NCBI GenBank assembly: GCA_963844885.1
Contig: CAWJQA010000009.1
Span: 142,125-206,124, forward strand
DNA from: an uncultured Holophagales bacterium
GTDB taxonomy: Bacteria; Acidobacteriota; Thermoanaerobaculia; Multivoradales; UBA5704
Length of the DNA stretch: 64,000 nt
Reading direction: 5' to 3'
Both the position numbers and the translations under genes were made by a program. The notes below the pieces were generated by a model. It saw only the letters and a program-made list of their open reading frames with translations, did not search any database and was not told where the DNA came from. Shown here piece by piece: positions 11,239-20,664 of the stretch (positions are counted from its first letter, which is position 1; the number at the start of each line of letters is the position of its first letter).

Positions 11239-13712
11239 GAAGCCAAATCGTGAACGCCCGTCTCGTCTCTGTCGTGGCCGTCATCGCGAGCCTGCTGCTG
11301 GCCGGGACGGCGCAGGCCCAGAGGCGGCTCGGCACCAAGGATCAGGAATATCTCGAAGGTGTTTTGCACGATCTTCTCTACGATCCACCGCAAGGTGCCG
11401 AGAGTGTCTCCGTCATCACCAGGATGCGCACGATGTCGAGAGATTTCGCCGACGCGTATCGGGCCGGCTGGCTGGTGCATGGCAAGGACGCAGAGCCGGA
11501 CCGCGTCTATTTCGCGGACGGCGATTCGATTCCCGTCAGTCCCGAGCTGAAGCTCACCCGGGTCAACTTCGTCGCGGATTGCCGTTTCATCTACAACCGG
11601 GCTCTCTATGACAGTGCGGCCGATGCGGCTCGCGGCCGGGTTTCCGATCAGGCGCTGCCGAATCGGGGGAGCAATGAGCTGGCGCATGCCGCCTGGCTCT
11701 ATCGTCTCGGCAACGAAGACCTGGCCGCGCGCGCCCTCGCCGCGGCCCGGAACGCCGTGAACGACGTTTATCCCAAGCCCGATTCGGAGCAGGACCCACG
11801 CCTGTATCTGCGGAGCGATTTTCTCTGGTGGGCTTTCGACGCCATGGTCCATGCCTACATGGTGCGCGCGGATGCGGAGGCGCTGGCTCATGGCGAGACC
11901 CTGTTGCGGCTGCGCGGCGAGGAGACCGCGGAGTCTCACCCCGCCGTCGAAAAAGGTTCAGCGCTAATCGAGGATCTCAAGCGCCGGCAACGGAACGGCA
12001 CCCTCGGACAGGCGCCGCCGCCCTGGCCCGCCGATTTCGAGACGTGGGATACAAAGAAAAAGACGGCTTGGCTGATCGATTCGCTGGATGAGGCCGGCAT
12101 GCCGCTGGAAGGCGCACCCGGCGGACTGAAACCCTATCTGGACGTCCGCATCGGCGCCCTCGTTCAGCTCGGGGAGGCCGCCGTCCCCGACCTCCTCGAT
12201 GCCTTGGAGACGGACGGACGGTTGACGCGCTATGTCTATGCCTGGCGCGATTTCGTTCCCGACCGGGACATCATGACCGTCCGCGAAACCGAGCTGGACG
12301 CGATCACGTCGATCCTCCATCTCGGGGACATGTTCAACGGTGCGGTTTTCGTGGAAATTCCCCAGCTTCCCGAGACGGTGCGGCGCCTGCGCGCCTACTG
12401 GGCCGAGAACAAGTCGCAGTCCCTCGACGGGCGGCAGATGAAGGCGCTGACCGATCCGAACGTGGATTTCAAGGCGAAGCGCGAGGCTGTGAAAAACCTT
12501 GTGAATCCCGCCGGGGTGCCCAAGCCGAACCCGCCGAACCCACCGAACCCGGTAATCGCAAGGTTTTCCGATCCGACGGCGGCGGAAGCGATCCTGGCCG
12601 CGATGGACGCCGAGCTCGCCGCCTACGAAGCCGGGCCGCGGAGTCAGGGCGAAGGCTACTACTTTTATGAGCGCCGGAGCATCGCGGAGACCTATCTGTC
12701 GGCGCTGATCGGCCTGGGAGACTCCCGCATCGCGCCGGAGCTGGCCCGGCGCGCCGCGGCTGCGACGGCCGCCGCGGACGACCGCAGGGGCTGGGCGCTT
12801 GCCGCGCACTTTCTCGGCGATCCGAAACCTTTCGCGGCTTTCGCCGAGGATTTCCGCGCCGGCCGGCTCCCGTATCCTCCCGGCCAGGACGGGAAGGAAG
12901 GCTGGCTGGAGGCGGCCGTCGCCGCGCTCAGCCGGGCCGGCACGCCGGAAGCTTCGCGCGCGCTCGATGCGCTGGCCGAGCCGGGACACCCTGCCCACGT
13001 GGCGATCGTCCGGCTGATCCTCGGCCGGTCCACCGTGCTGGCTTACGAAAACAACCTTTGGTTTCAACACCCGTACTGCCTGCGCATCCTGCGCCGGCTT
13101 CTCGACGACACCTCGCCCACGGGCCTGACCCAGGTTCTCGAAGGTGCAAGCTTCGCGCGCCGGGGTGAGCACGGCTTCGGCGGCACCGCGCCCGACTTTC
13201 TCGCCGCGTTGCACAGCCCCCATCGGGAGATCCCGGAGCTCACCCGCGACGCCGCGGCGCTGCAGCTCGCCGACCTCGTTTTCGGCGCGCCGCGCGCCCT
13301 GCCCTTTTTCGACGCCCCGGACAAGCGGCTCGCCCTGCTGAAATCGACGCTCGACCGGTACCGCTTCGAGCGCGCAAGCCCCTGGCTCGCCGGATACTTC
13401 GGGGCCGATCCGGCCAATCCGCATTTCATGCCCGGCATCCAGCCGCTGGGCCGCGCCGCCACCGCGGCCGACGTGGAGCAGGGAAAAGCGATCTTTCACC
13501 TCGACGGCCAGGCCCGGCCGGTGGACATGAAGCTGCCGGCCCTGGCCACGCTGCTGGCCGGCCGGTTCACCGAGCAGCCGTCGCCGGCGGTGATTCTCCA
13601 GGCGGAGGCCGGCCCCGGCGGCGAGGTGACCTACGGCGTTCTCACGGCCGAAGAGATCCTGACGGTGCCCGCCTCGAAGCTGGAGAACATTCGGCCGCTC
13701 CCCTCACCGTGA
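11235..13712 (+). CDS. Hypothetical secreted protein (825 aa)
   Basis: Signal-peptide-like N-terminus ..[17 protein letters not shown] and a long ORF with ordinary composition. No recognised domain. The start could instead be GTG 11250. Confidence 0.6.
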   Translation: MRSQIVNARLVSVVAVIASLLLAGTAQAQRRLGTKDQEYLEGVLHDLLYDPPQGAESVSVITRMRTMSRDFADAYRAGWLVHGKDAEPDRVYFADGDSIPVSPELKLTRVNFVADCRFIYNRALYDSAADAARGRVSDQALPNRGSNELAHAAWLYRLGNEDLAARALAAARNAVNDVYPKPDSEQDPRLYLRSDFLWWAFDAMVHAYMVRADAEALAHGETLLRLRGEETAESHPAVEKGSALIEDLKRRQRNGTLGQAPPPWPADFETWDTKKKTAWLIDSLDEAGMPLEGAPGGLKPYLDVRIGALVQLGEAAVPDLLDALETDGRLTRYVYAWRDFVPDRDIMTVRETELDAITSILHLGDMFNGAVFVEIPQLPETVRRLRAYWAENKSQSLDGRQMKALTDPNVDFKAKREAVKNLVNPAGVPKPNPPNPPNPVIARFSDPTAAEAILAAMDAELAAYEAGPRSQGEGYYFYERRSIAETYLSALIGLGDSRIAPELARRAAAATAAADDRRGWALAAHFLGDPKPFAAFAEDFRAGRLPYPPGQDGKEGWLEAAVAALSRAGTPEASRALDALAEPGHPAHVAIVRLILGRSTVLAYENNLWFQHPYCLRILRRLLDDTSPTGLTQVLEGASFARRGEHGFGGTAPDFLAALHSPHREIPELTRDAAALQLADLVFGAPRALPFFDAPDKRLALLKSTLDRYRFERASPWLAGYFGADPANPHFMPGIQPLGRAATAADVEQGKAIFHLDGQARPVDMKLPALATLLAGRFTEQPSPAVILQAEAGPGGEVTYGVLTAEEILTVPASKLENIRPLPSP

Positions 13713-13745
13713 CGGGGCCGCGGGCTCCGCGGTAGAATTCGTCCC

Positions 13746-14672
13746 ATGCGCTGCCGATTCATCACCGCCGACGTCTTCACCAGCCGTCCCCTGGAGGGCA
13801 ATCCCCTGGCCGTCTTTCCGGACGTCCGGGGCCTCTCCGACGGCCTCATGCAACGGATCGCCCGGGAATTCAATCTCTCGGAGACGGTCTTCGTATTTCC
13901 TCCGGACGATCCGGCCCACACCCGCAAGCTGCGAATCTTCACGCCCAAGACCGAGCTCCCGTTCGCCGGCCATCCGACGGTAGGCACCGCCTACGTGCTG
14001 GCCGCCCTGGGTGAAATTCCGCTGACCGGAGACGATACCCGCATCGTGTTCGAGGAGGCCGTGGGCCCTGTGCCGGTCCGGATCCTCTGCGAGGCCGGCC
14101 GGCCTGTGTTTACCCAACTTTCCGTGGCGCAGCTTCCCGAGATCGGCCCACCGCCGCCGCTGGCGCCGGAGCTTCTGGCCGAGATGCTCTCTCTCGATTC
14201 TGGCGACGTGATCAGCGACGGCGAGGATTTTCCTCAACCCTTTTCCTGTGGCAACGCCTTTCTTTTCGTTCCATTGAGCAGCCGGGACGCCTTGCGCCGC
14301 GCCCGTTTGAGGATCGATCTCTGGGACAAGCTCCTCGCCGACACCTGGGCCTCGAAGCTCTATCTCTTCTGCAAGGAGCCCGAGCTGCCCGGCTCGCACT
14401 ATCGGGCGAGGATGTTCTCTCCGGCGCTCGGCATCGGTGAGGACCCCGCCACCGGAGCCGCCGTCTCCGCCTTCGGAGGCTACGTCGGCCTCCGTGCCCG
14501 GGAGGCGGATGGCACCGTGAGCCGGGTCGTCGAACAGGGCTTCGAGATGGGCCGCCCGAGCCTTCTCCACCTGGAAGTGGACAAGCAAGCCGGCGAAATC
14601 ACCGCCGTGCGGGTGGGCGGCGCCTCGGTGATGGTCTCGGAAGGGGTGATGGAGGTGCCGGAAGGCTTATAA
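13746..14672 (+). CDS. PhzF-family isomerase
   Basis: N-terminus [24 protein letters not shown] and ..FNLSETVFV.. are typical of the PhzF/YddE family. 308 aa. Confidence 0.88.
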   Translation: MRCRFITADVFTSRPLEGNPLAVFPDVRGLSDGLMQRIAREFNLSETVFVFPPDDPAHTRKLRIFTPKTELPFAGHPTVGTAYVLAALGEIPLTGDDTRIVFEEAVGPVPVRILCEAGRPVFTQLSVAQLPEIGPPPPLAPELLAEMLSLDSGDVISDGEDFPQPFSCGNAFLFVPLSSRDALRRARLRIDLWDKLLADTWASKLYLFCKEPELPGSHYRARMFSPALGIGEDPATGAAVSAFGGYVGLRAREADGTVSRVVEQGFEMGRPSLLHLEVDKQAGEITAVRVGGASVMVSEGVMEVPEGL

Positions 14673-17600
14673 TCTTTCCAAAACCCGCCGCGCCCTCTCC
14701 CGCTGCTCGCCGTTGGCGATCACCGCCATGTTGGTGGCGAGGCGCTCCCAGAGCTCGCGGGCCTGCCGGGGACGATGAAGGGCTTCGAGCGCCGTGGCCG
14801 CGGCTTCGAGCAGAAAACCGCTGTGAACCTCCAGCCAGCCGCGCGCCGTCTTCGCGCGGATCCGGCGCAGGACATCCATCAGACGGACCGGGTCGAGCCG
14901 AACGAGAATTTCGACAGCACGCGGATCGCGCCGCCGGGATCTGAAGCTACGCCACAGGTGATCGGCCAGGCGCGGCACGAACAGGCGGCGGACGAGGTCG
15001 TCCGCACCGGCCTGGACGCCGAGGGTGGCCGCAGTGATCAATACCTGGTCCGGCAGCGTGCGGCACTCGGCCGCCGGCCTCAGCAGCGGCACCGCCAACT
15101 CGGGTCTCTGAGCCAGCTCGGGCAGGTCCAATACCAGCGGGATCGTCACCTCGTTCAGGTCGGCCGGCTTGAGCCCCCGCCGAAGCTCGGCGATCAGGTC
15201 GGCCGGGTGGACCCGTGCAAGCTTCCGGCGCAGCTCCGAACCCTCCTCCAGGCAGGCGAACCGGTGTCCGAGATCCAATGGTCCGTCGTCGTACCAGTCG
15301 GAGGCGACCAGCGCCGGCACCTCCCCATCCGGAACCCGGCGCGTTCCCATGCGTTCGGCGAGGTCGTCCGCGAAGTCTGAACAGATCGTTTCAAATCCCA
15401 GCGTGCCGTCGTGGCAGTAGGCCTGAAACACGAGCAGCCAGCCGTCGCCCGTCAGCGCCAGCAGGCAGCGGCCCACCACCCGGCCCGCGTCGTCGCGCGC
15501 GTAGATCACGCGTTTGTTGATGTCCGCGGCGTTGGTGAACACGGAAAAATAATTGAACGACCCGGGGCTGAGACAGGTCTGGAAATGCCCACCCATCCGG
15601 AACACTTCGAGCGGATCGTCCTCCAGCTTCAGGTGCAGCCGCAGCTCTCCCGCCTGGCCTTCGGCGGACACGGTGCGCGTTCCAACCCCGTCGAGCCACG
15701 GTGTCCAGTCCAGATGCGCCAGGCGCTCGCGGAACGAAAGGTTTTGCGGCGCGTCGCGGAAATCCCAGGGCGGCGGGCCGCACCGCTCGCAGAAGAGCCG
15801 CCAGGCCAGCGTGCGATGGCGGGGCTTCAGCCGGGCCGCGGTCGCCACCAGCGTGAGATTCTCCGTCCCCACCATCCAGGCGGGGACCTCCTCGATGCCG
15901 ATCAGGCTGCGGAGCGCCTCCGGCAGATGCGTGTCCAGATCGCGCTCCCAACGCTCCAGGATCGTCCGGCCGCGGGCGCGGTCGAGCTTCGTGCGCAGCC
16001 GCTCGATCCGGGCGGCGCTCAGAGTCGCCGGCCGTTCGAGCCGAGCCCGAAGGTTCGCAAGCCGAGTGTTGAGAGCCGGCTTGCGGTCCTCTTCGGCCTG
16101 TTCGAGCCGACCCTGGATCGCTTCGATCTCCCTCTCCAGCCGCCCCGCGGTGGGAAGATCCTCCGCCAGCCAGCGGCCGACCCGGGCTTCGGCATCCTCC
16201 AGCACGCCGGCCAGCCGGCGGAGCTGCGGATGAAGCTCGTCCGGATAGCCTTCCATCCAGGCCGGCATGCCGGCGGCAGGCTCGCCGAGGACAGGGAGAG
16301 GCAGAGGCCGGACCCCCGCCGCGCCGAGGATGATCGACTTCACGACGCAGGCCAGCAACCGCGACAGTTGCCGGGTCAGCACCGACTCCCGGATGAAGTG
16401 GACGAGATCGCCGGAGCTGAGCGGTTCGAGAACGGCCTCCGGCCATTCGCTCAAGAGGAGCCCGAAGTGCTGATCCGGGTCTGTGAGGGCTTTCAGCACG
16501 TCCGCGAAGCTCTCGGGCCGGCTCCGGCAGAGCCGGACGGCCAGCCGGACCGCATCGCTCGAATCGTAATCGTGAAGGCGGCCGGCTTTGATCAGCGAGT
16601 CCAGGAGCGCCGCCACCAGCGCGGGATCGCGGGCGAGGCCCGGATCGCCGGCCTGGAAGAACAACTCCACCACCCTCGTCGCCTCATCCCGCCCGAGCCC
16701 GCCGCGGATCTCCGCCACCGCGGCGAGATGATCGTAGACGTCCAGGATCTGCTTACGGGCCTGGTCCCCCTCTATCTCGATTTCATCTTCGACGAAAACG
16801 TGCCGCATACTCAAGCCGGCCTCGGCCCAGGGACGTAGCAGCGCCTTCGGATCGGCGACGGGCCTCCGCTTCAGGTAACGCTCGAAGCCCGCGAGCATCT
16901 TGGGAACGGAAGACTCGGGCTCGCCGGCCAGAGTGCTCCAATACAGGAGGAGCTGTGTCCGGCCGGGCGTCCGGCCGGAATTGCCGGCCTCGGCGGGGAT
17001 GAGCTCCAGAGCTCGGGCCAGCGGCTCCGTCCAGGCCGACGCCTCCGGCTTCGACGTCCGGCGCAGCCTCTCCAGCAACTCGGCGGCCCGGAACGCGGAT
17101 GGAGCCGCCTTCTGATGTATCTCCACTCGCCTGCGGAGCGCGTGGCGCGACCTTCTCTCGTAGTGTTGGACCGTGACGCCGCGCGCCTCGCGGAGCAGCC
17201 GGCGGGTCGTCTCCCACCAGGAAGCCCACCGCTCGACCGACGGGAGCGGCGTGGCCAGCGCGAACAGGCGGAGGCACAGGCGCTGGGTGCGGCGGCCCTG
17301 CCGGATCACATCCTCGCACCACAGAACGAGATGAGAACCCAGATTGCCGGAAGGCAAGGTCTCCGGCAGCGGCGCCGTGGGCCGCTTCGCGATCGCACCG
17401 AGAATCTGGGCGCAGATCTCTTCAGAGCACGTTGCCACCTCGTAGATACGCGGGTCGAAGAGGCAGGACGCCAGCGGCTCGACCGGCTCCCGGCCATGCT
17501 CCGCCGCGAGCTGCAGGAGCCGCAGGGCGGTCACCAGCGCCCGATCCCGGCCCAGGCGCTCCGTGAGCAGCTCGAAACCGCCGGCCCAGCCGACGGCCGC

Positions 17601-18155
17601 TTCGAGCATCGCCCGTCCCCTTCGCGGATCGCCGGCCTGGACCCAGGCGAGGGCGTCGAGAAGAGGCCGCAGGCGGGGCTCGGCCTCGGCCATCCGCGCC
17701 GCCCGGTCGCGGAGTGACCGCGGCTCGAAAAGATCCTCGAAGGCGCGAGGCGGGAGCGGACCGCCGTGATGGATCGCACCCTTGAGCAGCTCCAGGCGCC
17801 GCTCGATCGACTCCATCCACCGGTCCGGTTCGTCCGCGAGCCGCGGCAGAGCCGGCGCCAGCTCCGTCCGCAGCTTGTTGAGCGCGTACGTCGCGCGGCT
17901 GAGATGCCGGCCGTCGAGGGTGACTTCTTCCGCGGGCGCCTGCACAGGCACGGTGATCCAGCGCACGCCGTCCGCCGCGGCCTCGACGGGAAAGCCTTCG
18001 AGCCATCCCAGATTGGCCGCCTGCAACATCTTGGCGCGCGCCGCCATGGCGCTCTTCGAGGTCTCCTTCCGCGGCTCAGGACGCATCCGGAGAGCATGGC
18101 ATGGTCCGGAAGGATTCGGAGCCGCGGCGAGTGGAGGGAACGACTCGTTCCCCAC
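14667..18155 (-). CDS. Large hypothetical protein (up to 1162 aa); start uncertain
   Basis: Uninterrupted ORF with helical-repeat-like composition and no domain I recognise. The track start at 18155 is a GTG inside repeat unit 1. Alternative ATGs lie at 18086, 18047 and 18029. Confidence 0.65.
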   Translation of the reverse strand: MGNESFPPLAAAPNPSGPCHALRMRPEPRKETSKSAMAARAKMLQAANLGWLEGFPVEAAADGVRWITVPVQAPAEEVTLDGRHLSRATYALNKLRTELAPALPRLADEPDRWMESIERRLELLKGAIHHGGPLPPRAFEDLFEPRSLRDRAARMAEAEPRLRPLLDALAWVQAGDPRRGRAMLEAAVGWAGGFELLTERLGRDRALVTALRLLQLAAEHGREPVEPLASCLFDPRIYEVATCSEEICAQILGAIAKRPTAPLPETLPSGNLGSHLVLWCEDVIRQGRRTQRLCLRLFALATPLPSVERWASWWETTRRLLREARGVTVQHYERRSRHALRRRVEIHQKAAPSAFRAAELLERLRRTSKPEASAWTEPLARALELIPAEAGNSGRTPGRTQLLLYWSTLAGEPESSVPKMLAGFERYLKRRPVADPKALLRPWAEAGLSMRHVFVEDEIEIEGDQARKQILDVYDHLAAVAEIRGGLGRDEATRVVELFFQAGDPGLARDPALVAALLDSLIKAGRLHDYDSSDAVRLAVRLCRSRPESFADVLKALTDPDQHFGLLLSEWPEAVLEPLSSGDLVHFIRESVLTRQLSRLLACVVKSIILGAAGVRPLPLPVLGEPAAGMPAWMEGYPDELHPQLRRLAGVLEDAEARVGRWLAEDLPTAGRLEREIEAIQGRLEQAEEDRKPALNTRLANLRARLERPATLSAARIERLRTKLDRARGRTILERWERDLDTHLPEALRSLIGIEEVPAWMVGTENLTLVATAARLKPRHRTLAWRLFCERCGPPPWDFRDAPQNLSFRERLAHLDWTPWLDGVGTRTVSAEGQAGELRLHLKLEDDPLEVFRMGGHFQTCLSPGSFNYFSVFTNAADINKRVIYARDDAGRVVGRCLLALTGDGWLLVFQAYCHDGTLGFETICSDFADDLAERMGTRRVPDGEVPALVASDWYDDGPLDLGHRFACLEEGSELRRKLARVHPADLIAELRRGLKPADLNEVTIPLVLDLPELAQRPELAVPLLRPAAECRTLPDQVLITAATLGVQAGADDLVRRLFVPRLADHLWRSFRSRRRDPRAVEILVRLDPVRLMDVLRRIRAKTARGWLEVHSGFLLEAAATALEALHRPRQARELWERLATNMAVIANGEQRERARRVLERL

Positions 18156-18510
18156 TCATCGAGAGGCTCGTCAAGGAGGGAACGAACCGTTCCCCGCTCA
18201 TCGAGAGGCTCATCGAGGAGGGAACGCCCCGTTCCCCGTTCATCGAGAGGCTCATCGAGGAGGGAACGAACCGTTCCCCGTTCATCGAGAGGCTCGTCAA
18301 GGAGGGAACGACCCGTTCCCCGTTCATCGAGAGGCTCATCAAGGAGGGAACGACCCGTTCCCCGCTCATCGAGAGGCTCGTCGAGGAGGGAACGACCCGT
18401 TCCCCGTTCATCGAGAGGCTCATCAAGGGGGGAACGACCCGTTCCCCATTGATCGAGAGGCTCGTCAAGGAGGGAACGACCCATTCCCCGTCATTCGGGA
18501 GGCTTACGCT
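18133..18510 (-). repeat. 42-bp tandem repeat, 8 full units plus 1 degenerate, each with the palindrome GGGAACG-N3-CGTTCCC; reads LLDEPLDERGTGRS on the minus strand
   Basis: Units were delimited by hand at 18133, 18175, 18217, 18259, 18301, 18343, 18385, 18427 and 18469. There are no unique spacers. Confidence 0.95.
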
Positions 18511-18829
18511 TTCGGCTGGACCGCCGACGAGGCCGCAGCCCGAACTCGACGAGCTGTTCGCTCTGGTGCCCGTAGTGGTCCTTGATCCAAGCGCGCATCG
18601 CCGTGGCCGTCTTGCGTCCGCTCTCCAGGGTTTCCTTGAGGGCCTCGCTGGCGGCCTGCTTCGCAGCCCGGTGGGCATCGCGCTTGGCGGCGAGCTCGAG
18701 GGCTTCCTGGTACATGGCCTGGAGCCGCTGGCGGTAGTCGTCGAGGATCGGAATGTCCTCCTTGCCGGCAAGCGAGTCGAGCAGCCGCCTCCACCCCTGG
18801 ACAGTGTTTCCGTGAGTATCCCGGGCCAT
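18491..18829 (-). CDS. Hypothetical small protein (112 aa from ATG 18829)
   Basis: ATG is preceded by GGAGGA. The helical, charged sequence MARDTHGNTVQGWRRLLDSL.. matches no family I recognise. Confidence 0.55.
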   Translation of the reverse strand: MARDTHGNTVQGWRRLLDSLAGKEDIPILDDYRQRLQAMYQEALELAAKRDAHRAAKQAASEALKETLESGRKTATAMRAWIKDHYGHQSEQLVEFGLRPRRRSSRKRKPPE

Positions 18830-18856
18830 GCTTCCTCCACGAGGGTCGTTCACGGA

Positions 18857-18886
18857 AATGTACCGGCGGGGCGGGTTGGGCGTCAA
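18857..18886 (-). promoter_or_regulatory. Putative sigma-70 promoter for the 112-aa gene
   Basis: On the minus strand: TTGACG, an 18-nt spacer, then TACATT, followed by GGAGGA and the ATG. Confidence 0.4.
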
Positions 18887-18915
18887 CGGGGTAGTGTGGC
18901 GGCCCAGTCGCCAGG

Positions 18916-18924
18916 TGGTATAAT
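18916..18924 (+). promoter_or_regulatory. Putative extended -10 element (TGGTATAAT) upstream of vapBC
   Basis: A perfect TATAAT with TGn immediately upstream, about 150 nt before the antitoxin start. The -35 is poor. Confidence 0.4.
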
Positions 18925-19075
18925 TGCTCAAGGGGAGGACAAGTCGTAGGCAGCAGTACCCCGGTCGAATGGTGCTCGCCGTCTGGGGATCATGCCCTCA
19001 GCCCGAGGCGGGTTCGTTGTTCGATAAGGTATTCTCCATGAAGCCGCTGGTTGCGGCAGGAAGCTGAGGAATCCC

Positions 19076-19345
19076 GTGATCAGGGTCAGTCTCAAGGAAG
19101 CCGAGGGCCGTCTCGGGCATCTGATGCAGGAGGTCGCCGCCGGCGAAGAGGTCGTCATTGCGAGCGCCGCCGGCCAGGCAGTGCGGCTCGTGCCCGTTCC
19201 TCAAGAAGGCAGGGAGAGCCAAGTCCCGAAGACGGTCGGACATGCTCTAGACCGCTTCATCGGCACGTGGACGGCCGAGCAGGAAGCCGAAGTCCTCAAG
19301 GCTGTCGAGATTTTCGGGCAGGTCGACGAATCCTTCTGGCAGTGA
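19076..19345 (+). CDS. Type II antitoxin (Phd/YefM-like) of a VapBC pair
   Basis: 89 aa, GTG start after GAGGAA, N-terminus MIRVSLKEAEGRLGHLMQEVAAGEEVVI. The stop overlaps the toxin start (GTGA). Confidence 0.75.
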   Translation: MIRVSLKEAEGRLGHLMQEVAAGEEVVIASAAGQAVRLVPVPQEGRESQVPKTVGHALDRFIGTWTAEQEAEVLKAVEIFGQVDESFWQ

Positions 19346-19752
19346 AGATACTCCTCGATACGAACGCCTATTCCGCCCTTCGGCGTGGCCACGAGGGTGT
19401 AGCCGAACTGATAATGCAGTCGGAACGGGTTCTCTTCTCGGCCGTCGTGGCCGGAGAGCTGCTGTTCGGTTTTCGGAACGGCTCCCGATACGAGGAAAAC
19501 GCTCGTGCGCTCGGGGACTTCCTTGAAGATCCGACTGTTCACCTGCTGCCAATCACCTGGGATACGGCAGATCTCTTCGGTCGTATTTCCGCCGAACTGC
19601 GCAGAAGGGGAAGACCCATCCCCACCAACGACATCTGGATCGCGGCGCACGCAATAGAAAAAGGCGCGGACCTCCTGTCCTCCGATCCGCACTTCGGCAA
19701 CATCGAAGGGCTCTCCTGGCGAACCTTTGTGTCATCCCAGACTACGTCCTGA
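19342..19752 (+). CDS. vapC: PIN-domain toxin VapC
   Basis: VKILLDTNAYSAL.. (first acidic residue), ..AGELLFG.., and ..NDIWIAAHA.. followed by ..LLSSDPHF. This is the typical PIN layout. Confidence 0.85.
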   Translation: MKILLDTNAYSALRRGHEGVAELIMQSERVLFSAVVAGELLFGFRNGSRYEENARALGDFLEDPTVHLLPITWDTADLFGRISAELRRRGRPIPTNDIWIAAHAIEKGADLLSSDPHFGNIEGLSWRTFVSSQTTS

Positions 19753-19767
19753 GCTACTGGCGTTACC

Positions 19768-19883
19768 TCGCCGCCTCGGATCGACTCCTCGCGCGGCACC
19801 CCGACGCGCAGGTCTGGACGATGCAGGTCGGCTCTCGATATGCCCGCCGCTTTGGACCACGCTTCAAGACGGCAGCAGCTTGA
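19768..19883 (+). pseudogene. 3' fragment of a paralogue of the 20247-20624 gene
   Basis: About 85 nt (19768-19852) are roughly 90% identical by eye to 20409-20493. It reads ..LAASDRLLARHPDAQVWTMQVGSRYARRFGPRFKTAAA* and has no start of its own. Confidence 0.6.
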
Positions 19884-20181
19884 CGGCGGCGTCGAGAGGG
19901 CCGTAGACCTCGGTGGCGAGCTCCTCTCCCAGCCAGATCCCGAGAAATCGCCGGCGGACCTCCTCCGGGCTCGCGTCGGGGTAACGGGAACGGATGCCGG
20001 CAAGCACGAGCGCCCGGGAAGCATCGTTGGCCTCCATGACCAGTCGGATCTTCCTCCATGGCGGCATCCGCCTGTAGATCTCCAACTGGATCCGCTCCGC
20101 TTCAGGATCGGTGTCCGGATAGAGGGTCCGGTAGGGGACCTCGTGAGGCTTGAGCTTCCGTGGGGGCTCGCTCTCGCTCAT
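19864..20181 (-). CDS. Hypothetical small protein (105 aa from ATG 20181)
   Basis: The ORF has plausible composition (..AERIQLEIYRRMPPWRKIRLVMEANDASRALVLAGIRSRYPDASPEE..). There is no SD sequence and no recognised family. Confidence 0.45.
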   Translation of the reverse strand: MSESEPPRKLKPHEVPYRTLYPDTDPEAERIQLEIYRRMPPWRKIRLVMEANDASRALVLAGIRSRYPDASPEEVRRRFLGIWLGEELATEVYGPLDAAVKLLPS

Positions 20182-20246
20182 GGAGGTTATGATAGCCGAA
20201 GCGGGCGACCAACTCAGGCCTCGTACCCAAGGGGAGGACAAGTCGC

Positions 20247-20624
20247 ATGGCAACGGTACCCCGGTCGGATAGGGAACGAGAGGAGATCGCCCGCCGAGGC
20301 GACGAGATCTACGGAACCAGGGTTCGGCCGCATCTTGGTTCGGAAGACGAGGGGAAGTTTGTCCTCATCGACATCAAGAGCGGGAACTATGAGTTGGATC
20401 GTGATGAAGTCGCCGCCTCGGACCGACTCCTCGCCCGGCACCCCGACGCGCACGTCTGGATGGTGCAGGTCGGCTCCCGATATGCCCGCCGCCATGCGGA
20501 GCGAAGTGGGCGGGAGAGGCCGAAAAATATCGTGGCCGAGTTGGCAGGTGCGTTGAATGGGGCGGATATCGGAGATCCCAAGAACGAATATACCGAGTAC
20601 CTCCTGAAGAAGTATGCTCGGTGA
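20247..20624 (+). CDS. Hypothetical small protein with a possibly chimeric C-terminus
   Basis: ATG follows GGGGAGGA with 8-nt spacing. The core ..GKFVLIDIKSGNYELDRDEVAASDRLLARHPDAHVWMVQVGSRYARR is shared with the fragment at 19768. The tail after about 20494 is lower in GC and resembles an antitoxin C-terminus (..EYTEYLLKKYA). Confidence 0.55.
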   Translation: MATVPRSDREREEIARRGDEIYGTRVRPHLGSEDEGKFVLIDIKSGNYELDRDEVAASDRLLARHPDAHVWMVQVGSRYARRHAERSGRERPKNIVAELAGALNGADIGDPKNEYTEYLLKKYAR

Positions 20625-20664
20625 GTCTTCGGATTAGGCGCACAGCCTTACGGAACTGTCTTCG

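Noticed and set aside
12519-12548. 9-bp repeats encoding PNPPNPPNP in the 825-aa protein, and the similar PDRPDRPD at 55081-55105
   Set aside because: These are short, in-frame, low-complexity linkers that are common in high-GC proteomes.
18133-18510. Possible CRISPR array (regular 42-bp periodicity with palindromic cores)
   Set aside because: The units abut directly and are near-identical over their whole length. There are no unique spacers and no cas genes in the window, so this is a plain tandem repeat.
18076-18949. Track ORFs 18101-18949(+) and 18076-18840(-) running through the 42-bp array
   Set aside because: They stay open only because the repeat period is a multiple of 3. Outside the array they overlap the better-supported 112-aa gene. 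In those frames the differences between units are non-synonymous.
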